Below are positions 30,513 through 43,763 of a DNA stretch of 64,000 nt, in pieces. The DNA is from Acidobacteriota bacterium (lineage in GTDB: Bacteria > Acidobacteriota > UBA890 > WLXD01). The notes under the pieces are model-generated. The model made no database searches and was not told the DNA's origin. It was given only the letters and a program-made list of their open reading frames with translations. The DNA lies in contig CAXWPH010000015.1 of NCBI GenBank assembly GCA_963666055.2, forward strand, positions 1,984,001 through 2,048,000, given 5' to 3'. Position numbers and translations under genes: made by a program. Position 1 is the first letter of the stretch, and the number at the start of each line of letters is the position of its first letter.

Positions 30513-31049
30513 TCAAGGCGCAGGAATGTCTGAGCCGATCGCCAAGCGGCGAGAGATCTCGGGCGCCAGCTCGCGCCAGGGCCGCAATGGACACCTACGG
30601 ATCTCGATCTCGTGGCCATCGAAAATCACTTCGGCCACGCCGGGAACGTTGTACAGATCCTCCGCCAAGGGGTGCTCGAGCGCCTGTCGCTTGCCTTCAT
30701 AAACGCGGCGCGTCAGGAAGGTGCCGTGCCAGGCAAAGCGGCGACACCGAGATTCGCCCTCGATGAGATCAGACAGCTGCTCGATGTCGAGGCCGGCGCA
30801 GAGGATGCGCTCGAACGGCCGCATGATGCCGCCCCAGCGGGCTTCCTTGTGTTTCTGCAGCCGGACCTTGTAGGCGTTGAGCGACAGGACGCGCACCCCT
30901 GGAAGCTCGAGGACGGCGCGCATCCACCCCGCCGTCGGCGGCGTCGAGCCGGCGAGAAAGGTCTCGACGATTTCGTCGGTCAGCAGGGAATCGGTATGGA
31001 TGATCAGAGCGTGAGGGTTCGGTGGGAACTCGCGTACGGCGTTCATCAA
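30513..31049 (-). CDS. Hypothetical protein with two Nfu/NifU N-terminal-like repeats
   Basis: PPNPHAL...VLELPGVRVL and HPLAEDLYNVPGVAEVIFDGHEIEIRR...W..L...I. Confidence 0.55.
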   Translation of the reverse strand: MMNAVREFPPNPHALIIHTDSLLTDEIVETFLAGSTPPTAGWMRAVLELPGVRVLSLNAYKVRLQKHKEARWGGIMRPFERILCAGLDIEQLSDLIEGESRCRRFAWHGTFLTRRVYEGKRQALEHPLAEDLYNVPGVAEVIFDGHEIEIRRCPLRPWRELAPEISRRLAIGSDIPAP

Positions 31050-31152
31050 ATGCCCCGATAAATCGTGGGCTCGCTGGCGCGCCGGTACGGAAGGCGTACT
31101 TACTTGACGTTAGCAAATCGCCCCGTCTCGATACAAGGACAGCCTCGATCGC

Positions 31153-31674
31153 TCAGGCGGTGTCGAACAACCCGGAGATCTTGTCGAGGATCTTCCAGGC
31201 GAAGTGGTCGGCCCGTTGCGGCTCCAGACGATGTAGTCGAGCCAGCACGGCGCCGCGCCACGCCAGCGCCTGCGCCGGATTCGCGCCGAGCACCCGCACC
31301 AAGGGCAACAGAGGTATCTCCAGCACCACCGAGTCCTCCCTGGCGGTTGCCGAATAACGACGTGCCTCCTCGCCCAGCAGCACCACGTCACCGAACGACG
31401 CGTACGGCGCCACGATGTCGTAGGAGGTGTGGCCGCCGGCTTTCTCGAACCGCTCCATCTGGAGGGAACCATCCAGCAACAGGTACACCGAGTCGGCTTG
31501 CTCGCCCTGGGCGTACAGGCGTTCCTCTGCGTGTACCAATCGGCATTCGGCGAGCCTCGAGAGTCCGACGAGGGCCTTGGTGCTGAGATCGTTGAGGTGA
31601 GAGCAGTTGCCCAGCAGCAGCGGGCTGACCCCAGTTACCGCGGCTGACGGGAACTCTGTGCGTAGCTGGTTCAT
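31153..31674 (-). CDS. Stand-alone cyclic-nucleotide-binding domain protein
   Basis: LYAQGEQADSVYLLLDGSL...SFGDVVLL...RRYSATAREDSVVLEI; no HTH. Confidence 0.8.
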   Translation of the reverse strand: MNQLRTEFPSAAVTGVSPLLLGNCSHLNDLSTKALVGLSRLAECRLVHAEERLYAQGEQADSVYLLLDGSLQMERFEKAGGHTSYDIVAPYASFGDVVLLGEEARRYSATAREDSVVLEIPLLPLVRVLGANPAQALAWRGAVLARLHRLEPQRADHFAWKILDKISGLFDTA

Positions 31675-31897
31675 CGAGTTGCTCACTTGCGTCTCTCCTG
31701 CGTCCCGCTCGGAGGGGTGGCCGGCAGGATCTCTAACGTCTTCTTCGCCGCGGCCAGCGATTTGGTTTCGCCGAGGCCGAGGTGCCAGCGGCAAGCTACG
31801 TCGCGACAACTCGACCGGGCGACCGCCAAAGGCCATAATCCCGATGGCGCGATGTCGGTATTGGCGCGCCTCCAACGAGAACGTCAAGGGGAACCTC

Positions 31898-32239
31898 ATG
31901 AAGCATCATGAGCGCCAAGTTGATGGCGTGGTCATCGTTGCGCTGGAAGGCAAGCTGACGCTAGGCTCAGGTGACGTGCAGCTACGCCAGCTCGTCACTG
32001 ACCTGCTGGAGCGCGGCGAGAACAAGATACTGCTCGACCTCGCCGGCGTCCGCTACATGGACAGCTCCGGTACCGGGGAGCTGGTCTCCTCATACACTTC
32101 GTGCGCCAACCGCGGCGCCCAACTCAAGCTACTGAACCTCAGCTCCAAGGTGCGCGACTTGCTGATGTTTACGCAGCTCATCAGCATCTTCGAGGATTTC
32201 GACGACGTCGCCGAGGCGGTCCACAGCTTCTCGGAATAG
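31898..32239 (+). CDS. STAS-domain anti-sigma-factor antagonist
   Basis: LEGKLTLGSGD..LR, ILLDLAGVRYMDSSGTGEL, LKLLNL. Confidence 0.92.
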   Translation: MKHHERQVDGVVIVALEGKLTLGSGDVQLRQLVTDLLERGENKILLDLAGVRYMDSSGTGELVSSYTSCANRGAQLKLLNLSSKVRDLLMFTQLISIFEDFDDVAEAVHSFSE

Positions 32240-32332
32240 GCTTCTCCCGGAGTAGGCGTCCGTCGCGCTCCAATCACCGGTTCGATTTGCCGTGCACTCC
32301 AGCAAGTGTTCTCATACGTCGCGGGAGGGGCG

Positions 32333-33579
32333 GTGATCGGTCGGAGTGGTAGCTTGTTCGACAACGAGCGCCCCGCCGTGTTGGCTCTCGCCGACGGCAC
32401 CCTCTTTCGAGGAATCGGCTTCGGGGCATCGTGCGTTCGTTGCGGCGAGGTGTGCTTCAACACCAGCATGACGGGCTACCAGGAGATCCTCAGCGATCCC
32501 TCGTACGCCGGTCAGATCGTCGCCATGACGTACCCGCAAATTGGCAACGTCGGTGCCAACGCTGCCGACTCCGAGTCGCAGAGACCGGCGCTCGCCGGGT
32601 TCGTCGTGCGGGAGGTATTCGACGAACCCAGCAACTGGCGCGCTGAGGAACCGCTCGGTGCGTACCTCAGCCGTCACGGTGTGCCTGGAATCTCCGACAT
32701 CGATACCCGCGCACTGGTGCGGCGCATCCGTGACCGAGGCTGCCAGAACGGCGTGCTCTCAACCGATCCAGACCGACAAGACGGCGAAGCGCTAGCAGAA
32801 ATCGCGCGTCGTGCGGCACCGATGGATGGCCTCGACCTGGTGGCGGAGGTGACCTGTTCCGAGCCCTACAACTGGGATGTTGGCGGCTGGCCCGGCATCG
32901 ACGGGCAGCTGCCGCAACCGACCGTACCGGATGATCGATTGCAGCTGGTGGTCTTCGATTTTGGCATCAAGCACAACATCCTGCGGCTTCTAGTCGATCA
33001 TGGTTTCGAGGTCACCGTCGTACCGGCGCACACCACAGCGGACCAGGTGGCGGAGCTCGAACCGGACGCCGTCTTCCTGTCCAATGGCCCTGGCGATCCG
33101 GCAGCCGTGCGCGGGGTGCCCGACACGGTGCGACAGCTCGCCGATCGATATCCCATCTTCGGCATCTGTCTCGGCCATCAGATCCTCGGCCTGGCATTGG
33201 GCGGGTCGACCACCAAGCTGAAGTTCGGACACCATGGCGGCAACCAGCCCGGACGTGATGTCCACAGCGGTCGAGTGGCGATTTGTGCGGAGAATCATGG
33301 CTTCGCGGTCGAGCCCGAGTCCTTACGGCAAGCCGGAGAACCGGTCGAGATAACGCACATCAACCTCAACGACGGCACCGTGGAAGGGCTGGCGCACCTG
33401 ACGCGGCCGATCTTCTCGGTCCAGTACCACCCGGAGGCGTCGCCGGGCCCGCACGACGCGCGGTATTTCTTCCAGCGATTCCGGGACATGGTGCTGCGCC
33501 ACCGAGCTGGCGAAGTTGTTACGGGTGCCGACGTAGCGCGCGGCTCGGACCGTGGGCTCGGTGCTGCGGGCACCGCCTG

Positions 33580-33580
<1 letters not shown>
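32333..33580 (+). CDS. carA: Carbamoyl-phosphate synthase small subunit
   Basis: [50 protein letters not shown]. Confidence 0.97.
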
Positions 33581-36816
<3,236 letters not shown>

Positions 36817-36829
36817 CCGGACCGGAGCG

Positions 36830-37828
36830 ATGGCTGCGCGCGCCGCCCTCCACGCTCTCTCTGTCGCCGCCGGGGTGACCGTGGTCGTCGGCACGTCGGT
36901 TCTGCAAGATCCGGCCCCGGGCGACGTGGCTGGCGAGACGATTCCGGGCACGCAGGTCGCGTTCGAGATGGCGTTCGTTCCCGGCGGTGTGTTCGAGCTC
37001 GGCAGCCCTGTCGACGAGACTGGCCGCGACGATGACGAGGGTCCGGTCCGCCGGGTTCGCATCGAGCCTTTCTGGATGGGTGTACACGAGATCACCCATG
37101 ATGAGTTCGCGGTCTTCCGTTATCGGCGGCTGGACGATCATGCGAGTGCGGCGGCCGATCTACCGTTCGATGCCGATGCCGTGAGCCGACCGAGCCCGCC
37201 ATACGAGGACCCCGCCCACGGTATGAGCAAGGATGGGCACCCAGCCGTAGGCATGACGCGCCGGGCCGCTTTGCAGTACGCCCGCTGGCTGTCAACCAAG
37301 ACCGGAAGGCTGTACCGATTGCCCACTGAGGCCGAGTGGGAGTATGCCTGTCAGGCTGGCGAAGATCGCGCGTACGGATTCGACGGCGCTTCCGGCGAGC
37401 TTGGTGCACACGCCTGGCTGGCCAACAACAGCCGCGCGACGTACCAGGCGGTCGGTCTGAAGGCACCGAACGTCTGGCGCCTGCGTGATATGCACGGCAA
37501 CGTCGCCGAGTGGGTGGCCGATCGCTACGATGCGGCGTTCTACGCCAGCCTTCCGGATGGCGAGCCGGCGGCGGGTCCGATCTCCGGGCTGCCGGGTCGC
37601 GGCCAAGGTGTGGTTCGAGGTGGTTCTTACGTCGATGGGCCGGCCGACGCGCGCTGTGCGGCGCGTTTCCCCGAAACGCCATACTGGAAACGTCGCGACC
37701 GCCAGATTCCGAAGAGTCGCTGGTGGAACACTGATTCGGAGCACGTCGGATTTCGGATCGTCCGTCCGGCGCGCGACGTCGGGATCGACGAGATTCAGGC
37801 GTACTGGAACGCCGTATTGGGAGCGTAG
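36830..37828 (+). CDS. FGE-sulfatase/SUMF1-fold protein lacking the FGE catalytic Cys pair
   Basis: VPGGVFELGS...DEGP, YRLPTEAEWEYAC, PN.W.L.DMHGNVAEW, VVRGGSY, VGFRIVR. Confidence 0.88.
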   Translation: MAARAALHALSVAAGVTVVVGTSVLQDPAPGDVAGETIPGTQVAFEMAFVPGGVFELGSPVDETGRDDDEGPVRRVRIEPFWMGVHEITHDEFAVFRYRRLDDHASAAADLPFDADAVSRPSPPYEDPAHGMSKDGHPAVGMTRRAALQYARWLSTKTGRLYRLPTEAEWEYACQAGEDRAYGFDGASGELGAHAWLANNSRATYQAVGLKAPNVWRLRDMHGNVAEWVADRYDAAFYASLPDGEPAAGPISGLPGRGQGVVRGGSYVDGPADARCAARFPETPYWKRRDRQIPKSRWWNTDSEHVGFRIVRPARDVGIDEIQAYWNAVLGA

Positions 37829-37888
37829 TACGGTGCTCGCCTAGCAGGCCATGGTGAAGCATGGCCCGCTGGCCATTGAGGAGGAACG

Positions 37889-39158
37889 ATGAACAGACGC
37901 GATTTCGTAATGACGAGCACAGCCGGCGACCGCCGACGCGATTCGGATCGGGCTGATTGGTTGTGGCGGGCGCGGCACAGGCGCGACGGTACAGGCGCTG
38001 AGCACCACGCAAGACGTCAAGCTCGTGGCGATGGCAGATGCGTTCGACGACAAGGTGCAGGCGAGCTACGAGACGATCACGTCGATTGAACGCGACGATT
38101 GGCTCGGTGGTAGCGCTGATCTGCGGGCTCGTATCGAAGTGCCTCCGGAGCGGCGTTTCTCGGGATTCGATGCCTACAAGCAGGTGATTCCGCTGGTCGA
38201 TGTGGTCATCTTGGCCACGCCTCCCGGTTTCCGTCCAACCCATTTCGAGGCGGCGGTCGAGGCCGGCAAGCACGTGTTCATGGAGAAGCCGGTGGCCACC
38301 GACGCACCCGGTGTGAGGCGCGTGGTTGAGGCCGGAAAGCGTGCCCGAGCGAACCAGATCAACGTCGTGGTCGGGCTGCAGCGACATTACCAGCGGATGT
38401 ATCGCGACTGGGTCGAGCGCATTCACGCTGGCATGATCGGCGACGTGATCCTCGGCCGTGTCTACTGGAACGGCGCCGGTGTGTGGGAAAGGCCGCGCCA
38501 GCCGCAGCAGACCGAGATGGAGTACCAGATGCGCAACTGGTACTACTTCAACTGGCTGTGTGGCGACCACATCGTCGAGCAGCACATCCACAACATCGAT
38601 GTCGGCAATTGGGTGATGGATGGGCACCCGGTACGAGCGCAGGGGCAGGGTGGCCGCCTGGTTCGAAAAGGCAAGGACCACGGCGAGATCTTCGATCATC
38701 ACTTCGTCGAGTACGAGTACGAAAACGGCAGCCGAGTGCTCAGCCAGTGTCGCCATATGCCTGACTGCATGGACCGGGTGTCCGAGGCTTTTCACGGCAC
38801 CAACGGCACCGCGCCCCGCCCCGGGGTGATACTCTCGAAGACGGGCAAGACGCTGTTCGAGTACGACGACAGCGCCGACCCGAACCCTTACCAGGTGGAG
38901 CACGACGAGTTGTTCGCGGCGGTGGCCGCAGGCGAGTTCACCTTCGCCGACACCGAGCGGGGCGTGGTGGCGACGATGACCGCGATCCTGGGTCGGATGG
39001 CGACGTACTCCGGACAGGTCGTTGAATGGGATCAGGCGGTGGCGTCGGACCTTGACCTAATGCCGGCTCGGCTCGCCTGGGATGCGCCTTCGCGGGTGCT
39101 CCCCAACGCACATGGTCGCTACCCGATCCCCACCCCCGGCGTCACGCGAGCCTTCTGA
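37889..39158 (+). CDS. Tat-exported Gfo/Idh/MocA oxidoreductase; frameshift or deletion near 37930
   Basis: MNRRDF leader; IRIGLIGCGGRGTGA in the adjacent frame; ATPPGFRP.HF, EKPVA, GDHIVEQHIHNID. Confidence 0.88.
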
Positions 39159-39168
39159 GGCGAGTTCG

Positions 39169-40068
39169 GTGAGGCGCCGCGACTTCATGGGCATGTTGGC
39201 GGGCGTCGGCGCCGCTGCGGCCTGGGGAAGCTCCGCGGCGGGCGCCCAAGCGCAGTTCGGGCTCGACTACGCTCCGCACTTCGGGATGTTCCGCCACAAC
39301 GGCGGCGAAGACCCGATCGACCAGCTGCGATTCATGGCGGCGCAGGGTTTCGGCTCGGTCGAGGACAATGGGATGCGCCAGCGACCGGCTGCAGAGCAAG
39401 AACGCATCGCCAGGGAGATGTCGCGTCTCGAGTTGCGCATGGGGGTGTTCGTTGCTCACACCATCTACTGGCGCGAACCTAATCTCGCCAGCGGCGACGA
39501 GAACAAGCGGGCCGAGTTTCTCTCCGAGATGCGCTCCGCGGTCGAGGTGGCCAAGCGCGTTCATGCCACTTGGATGACGGTGGTTCCCGGTCACGTGGAC
39601 CTCGCTGTTCACCCGGATTACCAGACAGCCAACGTCGTCGAGGCCCTGAAACGGGCTGCGGCAATACTCGAGCCGCACAGCCTGACCATGGTGCTCGAGC
39701 CGTTGAACCCACGCGACCACCCCGGCCTCTTCCTCAAGGGGATTCCGCAGGCCTTCCAGCTCTGCAAGGCGGTCGACAGCCCGGCGTGCAAGATCCTCGA
39801 CGACCTCTACCACCAGCAGATCAGCGAGGGGAACCTCATTCCCAACATCGACGCGGCGTGGGACGAGATCGCCTACTTTCAGATCGGCGATAATCCAGGG
39901 CGCAACGAGCCCACCACCGGCGAGATCAACTACCGTAACGTCTTCCGCCACATTCACGACAAGGGCTTCGACGGAATTCTGGGAATGGAGCACGGCAATT
40001 CACAGCCCGGAGGTTCCGGGGAGCTGGCGGTTATCGATGCCTACCGCCGCGTCGATGTCCGACGCTAG
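39169..40068 (+). CDS. Tat-exported hydroxypyruvate-isomerase-like TIM-barrel protein
   Basis: RRRDFMG leader; YAPHFGMF, LEPLN.RDHPG, DLYHQQISEGN, GDNPGRNEPTTGEINY, GMEH. Confidence 0.88.
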   Translation: MRRRDFMGMLAGVGAAAAWGSSAAGAQAQFGLDYAPHFGMFRHNGGEDPIDQLRFMAAQGFGSVEDNGMRQRPAAEQERIAREMSRLELRMGVFVAHTIYWREPNLASGDENKRAEFLSEMRSAVEVAKRVHATWMTVVPGHVDLAVHPDYQTANVVEALKRAAAILEPHSLTMVLEPLNPRDHPGLFLKGIPQAFQLCKAVDSPACKILDDLYHQQISEGNLIPNIDAAWDEIAYFQIGDNPGRNEPTTGEINYRNVFRHIHDKGFDGILGMEHGNSQPGGSGELAVIDAYRRVDVRR

Positions 40069-40137
40069 CCAGCCGTGGTGGAAGTGTGGCGCGCCTGGCG
40101 GCAGGGTCTTGACAATGTCGACTACCCGGAGAGGATC

Positions 40138-41718
40138 ATGCGACGCTCGACGGTGATCTGCTGCTTGGCGCTCTCTGCCATCATGGCGATGGCCACGCCC
40201 ATCAACTCGCAGCAGCGCAGCGTCGCCCTGCGAGGCGGTGGGACCGGCGTGTTTCTCGATGGTTTCGCGGATCACACCATGATCCTGCGTCCGGCGGGCG
40301 ACGGCGGCTGGCGACTCGAATGTATCCGGGGCGACCGTCACGACGCCGCGGCTCTCCTCCGATCCGGTGATCGCGTCGCACCGCCGGCGAGCAACCTCGA
40401 CGGGCGCGACGATAATGGGCGCCTGGCGCGGGCCGCGGTCACCGCGGGCATGCGGTTTGATCCAGACGCCCCGACGGGCGTCGACGATGCGGGCCGCGTG
40501 CTGCTGTACATGCCAAAGCCGATCGAGCCGGGGTCGAGCGGGTCGCACTTTGACCGCACCGCCAGCCCTGACCTGCTCATGGAGCCAATTATTTCGCCTG
40601 ACTTGTTGTTCGACGAGGTCGACCTGACGGATGAGGCACTGCGCGATATGGGATGGCGTCCGGGGCAGTTCCGCTCGGAGCTGCGCTTCACGGACGACGC
40701 CGACAGCGGCTTCAACCACCCCGTCTTGGGGCCGGCGCGCCGCGCCGCCCAGCGGTTCATGCTCCGCGTCTGGGGACGGCTGCTTGGCAGCGCCTCGAAG
40801 GTCACGGTGGACGCGGGGTTCGCGGACCTGTCGTGCTCGGCCACGGAGGGAGCAACGCTGGCGCAAGCGGGTCCACTGTTCGTGTTCGCGGACTTCGCTG
40901 GCGGCTTGCCGGGCGTGTGGTATCCGGGACCGACGGCGGAGTCGATCGTCCGCGCCGACCTGAGTGAGTCCGACGAAGCCGACCTCGCGATCACCTTCAA
41001 CGCCGCGGTCGATGACGGATGCATGGGACCGGGCACCGGCTGGTACTACGGGCTCGACAACAACGTTCCGCCGGCGCAGGTGGCGTTCCTCCCGGTGGCC
41101 CTGCACGAGATGGCACATGGATTGGGGTTCGTCGGGCTGACGAACCTGGATACGGGAGCGTTCTTCCGGAATCTTCCTGACATCCTGGCGACGATGACGT
41201 TCGACAACCGGCGCAACAGAACCTGGGACGAGCTCTCTCGCGGGGGGCGCCGCAAGTCCGCGGTGCGCGACGGCGAGGTCGCCTTCACCGGCGCTAAGAG
41301 CCGGCGAGACGCGCAGCCGCTCCTGCGCGGGGCCCACGTGATTCAGATCACCGCCCCCGACAACCTGGCGGGAACCCACCTGGTCGGCCGGGCGCTCTTC
41401 GGCCCGGCGCTCGACGAAACCGGTCTGGCCGCCGACCTGGCGCTCGCCGATGATGGCACCACCACGCCGACGCTCGCCTGTGGGCGGCTCGCCAATGGCG
41501 GCGAGATTGCCGGCAAGATCGCGGTGATCGACCGTGGCGAGTGCCGCTTCGATGCTAAGGTGCAAGCGGCGCAAGACGCTGGTGCCGTAGGCGTGGTCGT
41601 GGTCAACAACGTCGGCGGTGCCGCGGTGGATATGGCCGGCGAAGACGCGTCGATCGTGATTCCCGCCGTTATGGTGGACATGCAGCTTGGCAAGAAGATC
41701 ACGCGACGCCTGAGGTAA
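40138..41718 (+). CDS. Secreted PA-domain zinc metalloprotease, apparently circularly permuted
   Basis: Signal peptide; GSSGSHFD..LLMEP..DLT...DMGW precedes WYYGLD...LHEMAHGLGF; ends with a PA domain (GKIAVIDRGECRFDAKVQAAQDAGA). Confidence 0.85.
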   Translation: MRRSTVICCLALSAIMAMATPINSQQRSVALRGGGTGVFLDGFADHTMILRPAGDGGWRLECIRGDRHDAAALLRSGDRVAPPASNLDGRDDNGRLARAAVTAGMRFDPDAPTGVDDAGRVLLYMPKPIEPGSSGSHFDRTASPDLLMEPIISPDLLFDEVDLTDEALRDMGWRPGQFRSELRFTDDADSGFNHPVLGPARRAAQRFMLRVWGRLLGSASKVTVDAGFADLSCSATEGATLAQAGPLFVFADFAGGLPGVWYPGPTAESIVRADLSESDEADLAITFNAAVDDGCMGPGTGWYYGLDNNVPPAQVAFLPVALHEMAHGLGFVGLTNLDTGAFFRNLPDILATMTFDNRRNRTWDELSRGGRRKSAVRDGEVAFTGAKSRRDAQPLLRGAHVIQITAPDNLAGTHLVGRALFGPALDETGLAADLALADDGTTTPTLACGRLANGGEIAGKIAVIDRGECRFDAKVQAAQDAGAVGVVVVNNVGGAAVDMAGEDASIVIPAVMVDMQLGKKITRRLR

Positions 41719-41762
41719 TAGATGGTCCGATCGGTGCTTGCTACGGTCGTGCAGGTGCTCAC

Positions 41763-42893
41763 GTGAACCAAGACCGGCCGCCGCTCGTCGAGGACGTCTC
41801 CCACGACGGTGATTGGCTCACAGTCCGGTGGCGCGGCGGGCAACAGGCTCACTTCCCGGCAATCTGGCTGCGCGACAACATCCCCAGCGGTCGCCATACG
41901 CCGGAAGGGCAACGACTATTCGACATCGCCCAGCTGCCGGCTCGCATCACCCTGAGCGCCGCAACGCTTACTGCTGCCGGTAGCGTGGCCGTTACCTTCG
42001 ACCCAGAGGGAATTGACGACACCTTCGAAGCCGCCTGGTTGCAGCGCCATGCGCTCGACTCCGATGCCCGAGTAGCGCGACGCGCGCACCCGATCCGTTG
42101 GTCCGGGGAGCGACAGGAGCAGATGGAGTTCGTCGACTACGCACGCGTCAGCAGCGGAGCTGCCGAGCTCACCGCCTGGCTCCGCACCGTGCGCGACTAT
42201 GGCTTTGGTCTGCTGCGCAACGTCCCGACCGTCCCCGACACCGTGCTCGAGGTCGTTGGGCTCTTCGGCTTCGTGCGCGAGACGAGCTACGGTCGGCTGT
42301 TCGACGTGATCACCAAGCCCGATGCCGCGAACCTTGCCTATACCTCGATGACGGTCGGGGCGCATACCGACAACCCGTACCGCGATCCGGTGCCTGGCCT
42401 GCAGCTCCTGCACTGCCTGGTGTCCGAGGTCGAGGGCGGCGAGTCGGTGCTGGTTGACGGGTTCCAGGCCGCCGAACGCCTGCGATGCGACGCGCCGCAC
42501 CAGTTCGAGCTGCTGATCGAGCATCCGGTGGGCTTTCGCTACACCGAGCCGGGGTCCGTCGACCTGCGCAGCGAAGCCCCGCTAATCCAGACGAACCCGT
42601 CGGGAGAGGTGGTGGCGGTGCGCTACAACAGTCGTTCAGCGGCCCCGCTCGACATGCCGTCGGAGGTGCTTCCTGACTTCTACGACGCCTATCGCCACTT
42701 CGGCCGGCTGCTCGAGGACCCGGCCGCAGGGGTGTCGTTCAAGCTCGGCCCGGGAGACCTCATGATGTTCGACAACCATCGGGTGCTTCACGCCCGCAAG
42801 GGCTTCGCGGGCAACAAGCGGCACCTGCAGGGGTGCTACGCCGACAAGGACGGCTTGTACAGTACGTTGCGAATCCTCGAGGGTCGCACGTGA
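41763..42893 (+). CDS. Fe(II)/2OG dioxygenase, gamma-butyrobetaine hydroxylase/TmpA-like
   Basis: N-terminal WLRDN domain, NLAYT, HTDNPYRDPVPG.QLLHCL, FDN.RVLHAR, RHLQGCY.D. Confidence 0.88.
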   Translation: MNQDRPPLVEDVSHDGDWLTVRWRGGQQAHFPAIWLRDNIPSGRHTPEGQRLFDIAQLPARITLSAATLTAAGSVAVTFDPEGIDDTFEAAWLQRHALDSDARVARRAHPIRWSGERQEQMEFVDYARVSSGAAELTAWLRTVRDYGFGLLRNVPTVPDTVLEVVGLFGFVRETSYGRLFDVITKPDAANLAYTSMTVGAHTDNPYRDPVPGLQLLHCLVSEVEGGESVLVDGFQAAERLRCDAPHQFELLIEHPVGFRYTEPGSVDLRSEAPLIQTNPSGEVVAVRYNSRSAAPLDMPSEVLPDFYDAYRHFGRLLEDPAAGVSFKLGPGDLMMFDNHRVLHARKGFAGNKRHLQGCYADKDGLYSTLRILEGRT

Positions 42894-43447
42894 GCTCGAT
42901 TGTTGATGAGATCGAAGAGCTGTACGCTCGCCGCGGGCACGAGAGCTACGGCGAAGGCGTCACCATGCTCGAGCACTCGCTGTTGACCGCTCAGGCCGCC
43001 GAGCAGGCCGGTGCGCCAGACGCCTTGGTGGCAGCATGTCTGCTGCACGACATCGGTCATTTCCTCGAGGAAGCCGACGACGCCTATGGTGTTCACGACC
43101 ACGGCGACGCATCGGGTGACTATCTGGCACGCTTCTTCCCTGCCAGCGTCAGCGAGCCGGCTCGGCTTCACGTCGCGGCCAAGCGTTACTTGTGTGCAGC
43201 CGATACCGAATATGTCAACGCGCTTTCGGATGCCTCGCGATACACGCTCGAGAAACAGGGTGGGCCGATGTCACCTGTGGAGCGTCGCGAGTTCGAGGCC
43301 AATCCGTACCACCGCGACGGGGTGCGCTTGCGCAAATGGGAAGACTCGCGGGGCAAGCACACCGGCAAGCAGCCGCCCGACTGGTCGCACTTCCGCTCGC
43401 TGCTGGAGCACCTCGCAGCGTCGCCGGCACAGGCCACTAGCGCCTAG
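42890..43447 (+). CDS. HD-domain di-iron oxygenase, PhnZ/TmpB-like
   Basis: YGEGVT.LEH.L, LLHDIGH, LHVAAKRYL, LS.AS..TL..QGGPM; GTGA overlap with the upstream gene. Confidence 0.88.
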   Translation: MSSIVDEIEELYARRGHESYGEGVTMLEHSLLTAQAAEQAGAPDALVAACLLHDIGHFLEEADDAYGVHDHGDASGDYLARFFPASVSEPARLHVAAKRYLCAADTEYVNALSDASRYTLEKQGGPMSPVERREFEANPYHRDGVRLRKWEDSRGKHTGKQPPDWSHFRSLLEHLAASPAQATSA

Positions 43448-43763
43448 GCTCTCAGGGGCTGTTGGCCTCGAACGAGCTCGCGGCGCTTCGGATGCGCCTC
43501 GAATCGGGCCTGGTCGCGCGGACCCAACGTAGCGCCTTGCTCGAAGGTAGACACACGTTGGCGACGCGGCGCGACATGGGCGGATTCGATTGACTAATAA
43601 TGTGTTCCGCTGGTCGTCGCGAACTCTGACGCGTCTACAGGATCCCCACCAGTGACGCGCCGTCGCCGCGTTGGGTCACGTCCGGACCTGACACCGGGGA
43701 TCGGCGACAGGTGGCAAGACCCGGGCGACAGAAATGCGCATAGGTTGCATGCCAGCCGCGACG

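Noticed and set aside
36830-37828. FGE-fold gene as the maturase of the sulfatase at 18693, or as a diversity-generating retroelement target
   Set aside because: It lacks the FGE catalytic Cys pair, and no reverse transcriptase or template repeat was seen.
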